Of a stretch of 64,000 bases of DNA, positions 1-9,252 are shown piece by piece. The notes beneath the pieces are model-generated. The model searched no databases. It was not told the origin of the DNA and saw only the letters and a list, made by a program, of their open reading frames with translations. Source of the DNA: Candidatus Velthaea sp. (lineage in GTDB: Bacteria; Vulcanimicrobiota; Vulcanimicrobiia; Vulcanimicrobiales; Vulcanimicrobiaceae); NCBI GenBank assembly GCA_050012475.1, contig JBEKHC010000013.1, forward strand, positions 1-64,000. Direction: 5' to 3'. Both the position numbers and the translations under genes were made by a program. Each line of letters begins with the position of its first letter. Position 1 is the stretch's first letter.

Positions 1-59
1 CCGCGTGAGGCGCCGATGACCAGCAAAGTTTTTGGCGGACGCTCCGGTGCAGTTGTCAT
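1..59 (-). CDS. SDR family oxidoreductase, N-terminus only (runs off window)
   Basis: Manual translation of the reverse complement of 1-59: MTTAPERPPKTLLVIGASRG, a Rossmann GxxxG start; divergent from MarR. Confidence 0.7.
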   Translation of the reverse strand, partial: MTTAPERPPKTLLVIGASR

Positions 60-97
60 ATCAACTTGATAGCATTATTTAGGTTGTCATGTCAACC
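51..97. promoter_or_regulatory. Two near-palindromic operator sites, probably bound by the adjacent MarR
   Basis: AGTTGTCATATCAACT (51-66) and GGTTGTCATGTCAACC (82-97), both GTTG-N6-CAAC, between divergent SDR and MarR starts. Confidence 0.7.
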
Positions 98-110
98 AGC
101 ATCGGGTAAC

Positions 111-548
111 ATGAAGACTATGGCCCGTTCCAAAAATCTCACCGACCGCGAGGCTCGTCTCTGGCACGCCTGGCTGCAAATCAGCGAGGCAGTCACCTCA
201 CGGGTTGCCCGCGATGTCGCCGAAGCGAGCGGCTTGTCTGCGGCGGAGTATGCAATACTCGTCCGTCTCCTCGAGATCGGCGACGGACGACTTCGCCAGC
301 GTGAGTTGGCCGCTGCGTTGAACTGGGACAAGAGCCGAATCTCGCATCAGCTGACCCGGATGCAAGAGCGCAATCTGGTGACGCGAACGAAGACAACGCA
401 AGACGGGTCGCAAGTAGCTATTACGCGGCTCGGACGCGACGCGTTGGAGCGAGCGCGGCCGATTCATGCGCAAGCCGTGCGACGTCATCTCATCGAGCGG
501 CTCACGCCCGAACAAGCCGCCACGATCCTCAACCTCGCCGGTGCCTAA
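111..548 (+). CDS. MarR family transcriptional regulator
   Basis: wHTH signature AEYAILVRL..RQRELAAALNWDKSRISHQLTRMQERNLV..ITRLG. Confidence 0.92.
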   Translation: MKTMARSKNLTDREARLWHAWLQISEAVTSRVARDVAEASGLSAAEYAILVRLLEIGDGRLRQRELAAALNWDKSRISHQLTRMQERNLVTRTKTTQDGSQVAITRLGRDALERARPIHAQAVRRHLIERLTPEQAATILNLAGA

Positions 549-785
549 AGGCATCCAGTGGCCTTATATCTTCAGCCCGCAACCGCGCGCGCTCGGCGTC
601 GGCGAGAGCACTGCTGCGCACAGGCCGCGCAACCACATCACCGTGCCGAGAAACACTCGCACCTTTCCATGGGTGAACGGCCCGAGGACCTGACACCGCA
701 TTGATCGGATGCGTTCGCAGCGGCCGTGGCCGGACCTAAGCGCCCCGCGCGGCTAGTCGTTTAGTGGGCCTCCGCCGTCAACGCG

Positions 786-1124
786 TTAGAAACGATTGTT
801 ATACTTCACGCCCGTCGCGAGGATCGTCCCGTGGACCTCATATTCGATGACGACGACCCGGCCGTCGTCTGTCTCATGCGTGATCAACGTATCGGCAGAC
901 TGAAGCACGATGTTATCGACGTAGCCCCTGAACGCAGCCATCAGATCGGTCCGCCCGTTGATGACGCGAGGCCAACCCGGGACGTCGTAGAGGACCTCGT
1001 AGACCGTGTCGTCGCTGACGATGTCAAAGAAGTGCTCGCCATCGACGAGATCGCCCAGTGCCCCTCGAACCAGATTGAAGTACGGGGCGGCCGGTTGGTA
1101 GTCAGCGTATTTGGGATTCGGCAT
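786..1124 (-). pseudogene. NTF2/SnoaL-like protein, probably C-terminally truncated
   Basis: WPRVINGRTDLM..VVVIEYEVHG..TGVKYNNRF then stop; the final strands typical of the family appear to be missing. Confidence 0.6.
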
Positions 1125-1199
1125 GCTGGGCTCTCCACGCGCTTCGCAACGTTGGTTACGAAAGGTCAGATCGACTGCGGCGGTATTGCGTATACGGTA

Positions 1200-1635
1200 C
1201 TGCAACTACCGCTCACGTACCGCGGCCTCTCCGCCTCTGAGCGGCGCCGCCGGATCGCCGAAGCACGCGACCGCGTCGCGATGTCCCATCGCGCTCGCCA
1301 TTTTCCCCTTGCAGCTTTCGGGCGGACAGCAGCAACGCGTGGCTGTCGCGCGGGCCCTTGCCGGCGATCCGGCGGTGCTGCTTGCCGACGAGCCGACGGG
1401 ATATCTCGACAGCGCGAACGGTGAAGCCGGTACGGGCCTGCTGTCGGAACTGCATGCAGCAGACTTGACCATCGGCATGGTTACCCACGACCGCCGCTTC
1501 AACCGGTACGCAACGCGTACGATCGGTCTGCTCGACGGGCGTGACGTTCCCGCCAACGTCGCCGCAGCGATGTCAGGCGACGCCGACATCAGACGGCATG
1601 ATTCATCCACGCGCCGCGGACTGCTCGCAGCGTAG
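1200..1635 (+). pseudogene. LolD/MacB-type ABC ATPase fragment, frameshifted, no Walker A
   Basis: LPLTYRG..ARHFP in one frame, continuing [27 protein letters not shown] in another frame. Confidence 0.8.
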
Positions 1636-2140
1636 CGAGCACGCGGTCACATTTCTGTCTCGGTGTGCGTTTCGACTCACGGCAACGGCGATAGCTTGGC
1701 TTGCAAAGGAAACGTCTAGGCGCACGCATTGTCGGGGTCCTGCCTCAACGCTCGCCGAGTGTCGCTATAGAGTCCTTTGTCCTTCCCGGGATTGACCACC
1801 GCTCGTTCAACTATCAATCCGCAGCCTGTAATACTTCAGTCAGTTGTAACTCAATCTGCAATTCGCAGCGTATGGTGGCCTCCAATCAGCACACCATAAG
1901 CTTATTGAGTGTGCTGCTGCATAGCAGCATTTCCGGGGTCGTGCGAATTGCAAGTCGGAGTGCAGGCAGCATCGCTTGCTCACGTGCATGCGAATTTTCG
2001 TACATCCGGTGATCGCCGCGAGGTGAGCGAATGGGCGTCTACGTCGGCCGTCAGGCCAATCCTTACCGGACCGGCTGCAGGCCGTTTGGTTACGATTTGC
2101 GAGCCAACTATCGTTCTATCAAGAGGATGTAGGTTCAGCT

Positions 2141-3541
2141 ATGTTACTTGCCGCTCGGCAACGACTATTTCGAGCCGCGAGAGTCTCGATATACGTAGTC
2201 TCATTGCGACGTCGAAAAGAAGGACCGCGTTCCCAGCAAGGCGCCGTTCACCGCGACAACATCGCCTGGCCGGCTGAATTCCGCCCTGGCTTCCACCTTA
2301 CGCATCATTTTGCGACACAATGTTTGATGGTAATGTTAAGCGCCGCAATGCTCGTCGCTGCGAGCTCCACGGCGAGCGCTGCGACGTCTGGGTCTTCCGG
2401 AGGTTCGGCCGCACCACCATCGGCACCAGCACCCGCTGCCGGCGCGCCGGCAAGTTCTCCGCCCGCGTCCAGCAGCAGCTCCGGCGCCGCCGGTCCGACC
2501 AATGCAAATGGGTCACTATTTTTCAGCACGAAAAAGGAGTCCCTGTTCGTGCTGGTGTACGCGGCCGACGCGCTCACCGCGAACTTCTTATCGTATGAAG
2601 TGTCGATAAATTTGGAAGCCGCGTTGAAGAATAAGTTCTGGCTGCTGCCCGAGCCTGCTTGGACTCTCACGGATTTTGCGACGCAGTGTCAGAACGATCC
2701 GATGACTCAAGGTGCTTTTGTGGTATACGACGTCGAGAACGATGTCGGTAGCAACAACTATTTTGCAGTGCTGAACACCTATGCGCATCTCTACGCCAAA
2801 TCATTCTTCGTCACGTGCAGCCGGCAGCAACCCCGGTACTCGCCCTCGAAATCGGATTCATCCAACAATGTCATTACCCAAGTAAGCCAAACCGCAACCT
2901 TCAATGAGTATCCGGGCGCAAAACCGACTGCCTCGCCGCCGCCGACGAGCGTAACCCACGAAGACGACTCCGGCTCAGCTGCTGGTCCAAAGGACACGAG
3001 CGGTTCAAAGGACACGGCGGTGTACCCAACCGGGAATAATTTGACGACGTCGATATCTGCCAGCATAATTCCAAAAATGGAAATCTCCTGGCTGAGTCGC
3101 AACGAGCTCGACACGCCGCACAATGCTGCGAATGAATATTCGATCCCTCTGCTGTCGGCCGTCGTCGCGGGTGCATATCTCGCCGCGAGAAGCATCACCG
3201 AAACGACCTCGATTCAGCAGACTGTCCCGCAAGTTCCTGGAACCACGAATTTCGGATCAACGCAAATAACAACACAAAAGCAGGGCAACAACTCCGTCCT
3301 TCCCTATGGACTCGCGTACCTGGGCGCTTCTCTGAGTGCGCTGTCAAATACGACCCTCGGCGGATCGAATCAGAACCGAGTGCTAAAAAGCGCTGCCGCC
3401 GGAGTCGCATCTGCCTTGCGACGAGAACTGCGGACCGATTGTCTGGACTTAAAGACACTCGGACACGGAAAAACGCAGGTAATTGCCAGAAAATCCGACT
3501 CACCCGATCCGTGCAAGTTTTTCAGTGAAGACAAGCTATGA
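2141..3541 (+). CDS. Hypothetical secreted protein with Ser/Ala/Pro-rich linker (true start probably ~2327)
   Basis: Long ORF; signal-peptide-like MVMLSAAMLVAASSTASA; stop overlaps next start (ATGA). Confidence 0.7.
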   Translation: MLLAARQRLFRAARVSIYVVSLRRRKEGPRSQQGAVHRDNIAWPAEFRPGFHLTHHFATQCLMVMLSAAMLVAASSTASAATSGSSGGSAAPPSAPAPAAGAPASSPPASSSSSGAAGPTNANGSLFFSTKKESLFVLVYAADALTANFLSYEVSINLEAALKNKFWLLPEPAWTLTDFATQCQNDPMTQGAFVVYDVENDVGSNNYFAVLNTYAHLYAKSFFVTCSRQQPRYSPSKSDSSNNVITQVSQTATFNEYPGAKPTASPPPTSVTHEDDSGSAAGPKDTSGSKDTAVYPTGNNLTTSISASIIPKMEISWLSRNELDTPHNAANEYSIPLLSAVVAGAYLAARSITETTSIQQTVPQVPGTTNFGSTQITTQKQGNNSVLPYGLAYLGASLSALSNTTLGGSNQNRVLKSAAAGVASALRRELRTDCLDLKTLGHGKTQVIARKSDSPDPCKFFSEDKL

Positions 3542-4104
3542 AACCTTTACCTGGCACAAATAGACACTCAGCGGCGAGGCGCGCCTTTTCAGCACGGTTG
3601 ACCGCGACATTGCCGCTAACGCCCCGCTCCCGAAGGAGCGGGGCACTAGGTCGTGCTCGTCTGATATCTTTTCTGCTTAGCGCGACACTCGTTTCTACGG
3701 TCGGTTGCAGCAATTCCAGCAATGTGGGTGACTTTACGTTTGGACATTGCGTCACTCCCGACGGTGCGGTCTCGATGATATATCCGGAACCCAACGCTAC
3801 GACCGTCTCGACGAATTTCATCCAAGTCGTTGTCGCGAGCACGAGCGTTTCTAACTTGTCAACGTATCAAACGCTCCTTTCATCCACCTCGACCGCTGCG
3901 GTAACGTTTTCCCCCTTGAAATCATTCACGAGCTCACTTCCTACTCCCAGTGCAACACCTCCGTTTGCCAGTCCAATCTATTGGTCCAGTGGGAACCCTG
4001 GGACGACCTGGCCGCTGGGAGCGACCGTCGCCGCGTACTTGGTTAGCACCGGCTGCGAAACTCCGCAATTCTATCTTGGGTCCTTCACGATCGTCCCGAA
4101 GTGA
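3538..4104 (+). CDS. Hypothetical lipoprotein
   Basis: Hydrophobic stretch ending TVGC (lipobox-like); Ser/Thr-rich; coupled to the upstream ORF. Confidence 0.6.
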   Translation: MKPLPGTNRHSAARRAFSARLTATLPLTPRSRRSGALGRARLISFLLSATLVSTVGCSNSSNVGDFTFGHCVTPDGAVSMIYPEPNATTVSTNFIQVVVASTSVSNLSTYQTLLSSTSTAAVTFSPLKSFTSSLPTPSATPPFASPIYWSSGNPGTTWPLGATVAAYLVSTGCETPQFYLGSFTIVPK

Positions 4105-4746
4105 GGTCGAGGTTTCGTTGCGTTGCGGCGCGACGTTCTGATTCCATGCGAACGCCGGCCGTCCGCTCCGCAGTGAACCCGACAAAGCGGTGCTGCGCTG
4201 GCGCGTCGAGCGCACGTGGTAGTGACCCGAGATGACATTTCGCGCCGCCGATCATCGTAGTCGTTTGTTTTCGGGCTCGGCCGAAGTCAGATTTCCGAGG
4301 GAGCGGGGGATGTTCTGATTTGGTCCTGGCCAAGGGCGCAGCGGCGAAGTTTGCTTTCGCAAACGAGCGGCATAGCGACGACGTCCAGGGCTAAATCAGA
4401 GCATCTCGACACTATGGAAGGGCGCGCGTTCTGCGGCCCTTCCATACTGTCTAGGTTGCCGAGCACCGGCTATATCGATTCGTCATGCGGCAGCCGCGTT
4501 GTTCATCGACCCGGGCAAGCCACCGAATACCGACTCTTCGAGGGCCCCTTTGGCGATGCGCTACCGCACCCCGGACAGTACGTTGCTACCGATTCGCAAC
4601 CGTGAGACGCTGCACCTGACACCAGCACACAAGCGCGGAATTGGCACAATCGAGCCGCCGCTTGCGTGACCGGCCGATGCTTTTCGACCGGACCGACCGT
4701 GCGACAAAAATGGCGGGCGCCTGGGCTCCATCGAACGATTTCGGTC

Positions 4747-6123
4747 ATGGAAAAGCGGCAGACCTCGAAGTTGCTCACGCGTACAGCCGAGATGTCGGTG
4801 CGCTATCTCGACGCTGTTTCGGAACGCAGGGTCACGCCGACCACGGACGCGCTGTCGGCTTTGCGCCGATTTCAGGAACCACTGCCCGAAACGGGTTGCG
4901 ATCCGGACGACGTGCTCGCGCTTTTGGAAGATGCCGGCTCGCCGGCGACCGTTGCGAGCACGGGTGGCCGCTACTTCGGCTTCGTGACTGGCGCGACGCT
5001 GCCGGCGTCGCTGGCAGCGAACTGGCTTGCGAGCACGTGGGACCAAAACGCCGGAATGCGCGCTATGTCGCCGATCGCCGCTGCGCTGGAAGATGTCGTG
5101 ATCCGCTGGGTCTGCGAATCGGTCGGCTTGCCGGTCGACTGCGCGGGCGGCCTCGTGACGGGCGCGACGATGGCGAACTTTACGGCACTCGCCGCCGCCC
5201 GCTACTCGCTATTGGCGCGCGAGGGCTGGAACGTCGTCGACGACGGTCTGTTCGGTGCGCCGCCGATCGACGTGGTCGTCGGCGCCGAAGTTCACGCATC
5301 ATTGCTCAAGGCGCTCAATTTACTGGGGCTCGGCCAAAAGCGTGTCAAAAGGGTGGATGTCGACGAACAAGGGCGAATGCGCGCCGATCGGTTGCCGGAG
5401 TTGACGCGGAACACGATCGTTTGCATTCAAGCGGGGAACGTCAATACCGGAGCCTTCGACCCGGCGACGGAGATCTGCGCCGCCGCGCACCAAGTGGGAG
5501 CATGGGTTCACGTTGACGGCGCTTTTGGATTTTGGGCCGGCGTGTCGCCGCTCTTCGAGCATCTCTGGCGCGGATGCCGAGACGCCGATTCTTGGGCAAC
5601 CGACGCCCATAAGTGGCCGAACGTCACCTACGATTGCGGAGTGGCGCTCGTGAAGGATGCCGTGGCGCTCCGGGCAAGCATGGGAATTTCGGCTGCCTAT
5701 CTAGCGGCAAGCGACCTACGCGAGCCGCTCCACTACGTTCCAGAGTCGTCGCGACGTGCACGTGGTGTCGAGCTGTGGGCCGGAATGAAGTCGTTGGGCC
5801 GCTGCGGGCTGCGCGAGCTCGTCGAGCGAACGTGCGAACACGCCCGCCGTTTTGCCGCAGGCTTACGCGAAGCCGGCTACCCCATATTGAACGACGTCGT
5901 CATCAATCAGGTTCTCGTGTCGTTCGGCAGCGCGTCGACGACGTTGGACGTCATTCGGCGCGTGCAAGAAGACGGCACGTGTTGGTGTGGCGGAACGGTC
6001 TGGCAAGGAAAGACCGCGATGCGGATCAGCGTGTCGTCCTGGGCGACGACCGAGGCCGACGTCGAGAAGAGTCTTGCTGCGATCCGAAAGGCGGCGAGTG
6101 AAAGCATCGCATCACCGGCATGA
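4747..6123 (+). CDS. Group II PLP-dependent decarboxylase
   Basis: RYFGFVTGA, WVHVDGAFG, DSWATDAHKW (PLP lysine). Confidence 0.92.
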   Translation: MEKRQTSKLLTRTAEMSVRYLDAVSERRVTPTTDALSALRRFQEPLPETGCDPDDVLALLEDAGSPATVASTGGRYFGFVTGATLPASLAANWLASTWDQNAGMRAMSPIAAALEDVVIRWVCESVGLPVDCAGGLVTGATMANFTALAAARYSLLAREGWNVVDDGLFGAPPIDVVVGAEVHASLLKALNLLGLGQKRVKRVDVDEQGRMRADRLPELTRNTIVCIQAGNVNTGAFDPATEICAAAHQVGAWVHVDGAFGFWAGVSPLFEHLWRGCRDADSWATDAHKWPNVTYDCGVALVKDAVALRASMGISAAYLAASDLREPLHYVPESSRRARGVELWAGMKSLGRCGLRELVERTCEHARRFAAGLREAGYPILNDVVINQVLVSFGSASTTLDVIRRVQEDGTCWCGGTVWQGKTAMRISVSSWATTEADVEKSLAAIRKAASESIASPA

Positions 6124-6265
6124 ATGCAGAGAACCAAAGCTCGACGTACGGCCCGATCCGATGGAGAGGACTCAGTCGGGGGAGCCATCGCTGACCCGCA
6201 GCCGTCCGGAGCCTGTCGCGGCGCAACTGCGTCAAGCCGTCTCGCGTCGGACTGCGTCGCGAACG

Positions 6266-7180
6266 TCAAAGGCCGTACAGGCGCTCCGCGTTCGCATAGA
6301 ACATGGCATGCCGTTCGACGGCCGGAAAGGCGGCGAGCACTTCTTCAAATGCGCCGTACATTGCAGTGAAGGAGCGATAGAGTTTGTCGACCGGGAAGTT
6401 GCTGGCCAACATCACGCGGTCGACGCCAAAAAGCTCGATCGTCTCGAGCACGAACGGACGCAGGCTGGCCACGGTCCACGATCGGTTGCCGATGAATGGG
6501 CCGGAGATCTTGACTGACACGTTCTCACGCGCCGCAAGCAGTCCCATCCCGCGCCGCCAAAGTTCGACGGCTTCTCCGTCGCGATCGACCGGCATTCCCA
6601 TATGATTCAAGATGATCGGCTGATCAGGGTGTTTGGCGGCAAGCTCGGCAGCATCGGCCATCTGCGTCGGATAGAGCTGCAAGTCAAAACGCAGGCGGTA
6701 CTTATCGAGCAGGGCGAACCCGCGCAGCCACGCTGAGTCTTGCATCAGATCCGGCCGCGAAAGATACGTCTTCCCCGGATCCGAATGCCAGTTCAAGATT
6801 TGCCGAATGCCGCGTGTGTTGGCATATTGCCGATGACCGGCCAGCACATGTTCGACGTTGCTTTCATTCAACGCCGCATAGGCCACGATGCCCTGCGGGA
6901 AGCCGTGGACGTCGGCGATCGATTGCAGCCACTGCGTTTCAGCGACCGGATCCGGCCCCGACCAGCCGGCTTCGACATGCACCGATTTGACGAGCTCGTA
7001 GGCACTGGTATCGGCGAGATAGTCGGCGATGAAGTAGTCGTGTGCGATCGGAGTAATATCACCGTCGGGACCTTCTTCGGGCGGCCGTCGTTGCAGCCAC
7101 TTGTACTCGTGATGCGTGAGATCCCAAAGGTGATGATGAGGGTCGATTATTCGTATGCGATCGCTCACGGCGCTGTTCAC
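6266..7180 (-). CDS. Amidohydrolase_2 family (sugar-lactone hydrolase-like)
   Basis: IIDPHHHLWD, KSVHVEA, ILNHMGMP, ASNFPVD. Confidence 0.9.
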   Translation of the reverse strand: MNSAVSDRIRIIDPHHHLWDLTHHEYKWLQRRPPEEGPDGDITPIAHDYFIADYLADTSAYELVKSVHVEAGWSGPDPVAETQWLQSIADVHGFPQGIVAYAALNESNVEHVLAGHRQYANTRGIRQILNWHSDPGKTYLSRPDLMQDSAWLRGFALLDKYRLRFDLQLYPTQMADAAELAAKHPDQPIILNHMGMPVDRDGEAVELWRRGMGLLAARENVSVKISGPFIGNRSWTVASLRPFVLETIELFGVDRVMLASNFPVDKLYRSFTAMYGAFEEVLAAFPAVERHAMFYANAERLYGL

Positions 7181-7566
7181 CTCCGGCTTTCAAACGTTCT
7201 GCGAAAACCGAGCCCGCGGGCGGCTCGGACGTCACCCGCCCGCAGCCCCCACAAAACCAACGGCGGCCCAAGCAGAATCTGCATGCTGACCTTGTCCGCG
7301 AACGGTTTGCGCGCGCCGGTGTGTCCGGCATTGAATTCTTTGCCGACTTGGAGACCCGCGGTCGCCAATTGACGCGCGGCGTACACCGTCAGGTAACCGT
7401 GGTCGTCCGGATTCCACAGGACGGCTACCGTTGCCCTACGGCCGACATGTTTCGCCATCTTATCGGCGAGCGACGCGCCGAACGCATCGTAGTTCACGTC
7501 GACCCCGCTCAGCGCCGTCACGCCTCCGAACCGCTTCACGATGCCGAGCATCTCGAGCGTCCGCAT
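7177..7566 (-). pseudogene. Chimeric relic of a sugar ABC ATPase N-terminus and a substrate-binding protein C-terminus
   Basis: MRTLEMLGIVKRFGGVTALSGVD followed by LWNPDDHGYLTVYAA..ILLGPPLV. Confidence 0.6.
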
Positions 7567-7729
7567 TTACGTGCCGCTTGCGCTCATCGTGGCGGAACGC
7601 CCGTCAAATCGCGATACTTGCACTAGCTCCACTGTCCAGTAGCCCTCACCGACTTCCGCACACGAGATCGACCCATGCCTGGTCCAGCGCCGGTAACGCA
7701 GCTTGGTTGCCGCAAGCGCTTCGTTGTTC

Positions 7730-8758
7730 TCATGATGCCGGATGAGCACCGCATCCCTCCAGAACGCGCTGAGCCGCGGCCCGCAAAGCATCGCGCGCCG
7801 GCCCGGGCGACTCGATCGTGGCGACGCCACCGAAACTTAGCACCCAGGCAACGATTTCCTCGAGCCGTGTCACTGCGAAGCTCAACGCGACGCTTCCATC
7901 CTCGCGTAGGGCGAACTGTACTTCGCTTGGCCAGCGGCGGCAACGGACAAAGGCCGCGGCCTCCGGGGCGACGCGCACGATGACTTCTTGAACCGGTCCA
8001 TCGCCGACCATTGTTCCAAACGAAAACCGCAAGGCATCGTCGAGGCTCAACCCCGGATCGGGAGTAAACGTGTCGTTCTCGATGGTCACACTCTCCATCC
8101 GGTCGATCGCAAATAACTTGGGGACCAGCTCGCCCTCGAGAATACCCCACACGTAGTACCGCCCGTCGTGGGCGTGAACGGCATATGGCTGAATCGTCCG
8201 CTCGTCGCGTTTACCGCCCGCGGTTCGCGCATACGTGAACGCCAGCCAGCGGTGCTCGCGTACGGCGGTGAGTGCCCGATCGATCGCCGCCCAGAAAGCG
8301 GCGTCGGCGCGGGGCTGCGGATGGCGCGACGTCACGACGGCTGCAGCTTGCGGGTCGTCGAGCGCAATGCGCGCTTCGAGAACGGCGAGCACGTCTTCGA
8401 GCGCTTCGTACGCCGGCCCGCCCAGCGCGGCGACCGCGGTGCGCACCTGCGCGAGTTGCGCACGCGCCCTCGCGTCCATCCCGTAGCGCGCGACCGAGGC
8501 GGATTCCGGTAAGTGAAAGTGGCCGTCGGTCCGGTTGTACGTAAGCGGCAGGCCGGCCCGCGTCAATTCGGCTTTGACTCGTTTGAACGAACTCTGCGAC
8601 GTGACGCCGAGGAGGTCGAACAGCCGGACTTTGGTGATCTTGCGGTCTCGTTCGAGCACGCGCAGCACCTCGATGATGCGCTCGACGCGACCGGTTCGCG
8701 GGTCGCCGGCGGGGAGGGTCACCGGCTGACCCGGGTCATCGGATGGCCGCGCTGACAC
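7730..8758 (-). CDS. WYL-domain transcriptional regulator (HTH-WYL-WCX); alternative GTG start at 8722
   Basis: N-terminal HTH (RIIEVLRVL..LLGVTSQSSFKR), RTIQPY..GRYYVWG..KLFAIDRM, C-terminal WVLSFG..ESP. Confidence 0.92.
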   Translation of the reverse strand: MSARPSDDPGQPVTLPAGDPRTGRVERIIEVLRVLERDRKITKVRLFDLLGVTSQSSFKRVKAELTRAGLPLTYNRTDGHFHLPESASVARYGMDARARAQLAQVRTAVAALGGPAYEALEDVLAVLEARIALDDPQAAAVVTSRHPQPRADAAFWAAIDRALTAVREHRWLAFTYARTAGGKRDERTIQPYAVHAHDGRYYVWGILEGELVPKLFAIDRMESVTIENDTFTPDPGLSLDDALRFSFGTMVGDGPVQEVIVRVAPEAAAFVRCRRWPSEVQFALREDGSVALSFAVTRLEEIVAWVLSFGGVATIESPGPARDALRAAAQRVLEGCGAHPAS

Positions 8759-8787
8759 GACCGCCGGCGATCCCGTACGATGGGCGC
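8716..8787. promoter_or_regulatory. Divergent control region: palindromes plus a leaderless-type promoter for the YbjN-ARH operon
   Basis: GGGTCA-N5-TGACCC (8716-8732), TGACCCGGGTCA (8727-8738); CTGACA (8752)-N18-TACGAT (8776), ending 6 nt before ATG 8788. Confidence 0.45.
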
Positions 8788-9252
8788 ATGAACCCTCCTG
8801 ATTCGGCCTCGAACGACCCGCTCCGCCTCGATCGCCTGCTCAAAAGCGCCGGTTACCGGTCCTGCCGGATCGACGCGAAGAGCCGTATGGTCAACTTCAT
8901 CTGCCGCACGCGCGAGTGGGCACTGGCCATCCGCCTCACGCCGGATTGGCTAAACATCACAACGCTGGTGTGCGAGTTACCCAAAGGGCCGGGTGTGCGC
9001 GCGCGGCTGCTCGAGTGGGTGCTGCAGGTCAACCGCAACGTCTCGCTCGTCAAATTCGGCATCGCAGGTGCGTGCCTGAATCTCGAACTCGACTACCGCG
9101 CCGAGCACATCGACGAAACGGTGCTGTTCAATCTCATCGGCCTTGTACAGACGGTTGCCGAGGAGCAGTACCCGCGAATCTTCCGGATCGTCAACGGTGA
9201 CGACGTGCTCGAATCGCTCGGCCGCACGCTCGATGTGGGGAGCGCGTCGTGA
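8788..9252 (+). CDS. YbjN/CesT-like (T3SS-chaperone fold) protein
   Basis: ~154 aa; RLLEWVLQVNRNVSLVKFGI pattern typical of YbjN-like domains; GTGA overlap with the next gene. Confidence 0.7.
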   Translation: MNPPDSASNDPLRLDRLLKSAGYRSCRIDAKSRMVNFICRTREWALAIRLTPDWLNITTLVCELPKGPGVRARLLEWVLQVNRNVSLVKFGIAGACLNLELDYRAEHIDETVLFNLIGLVQTVAEEQYPRIFRIVNGDDVLESLGRTLDVGSAS

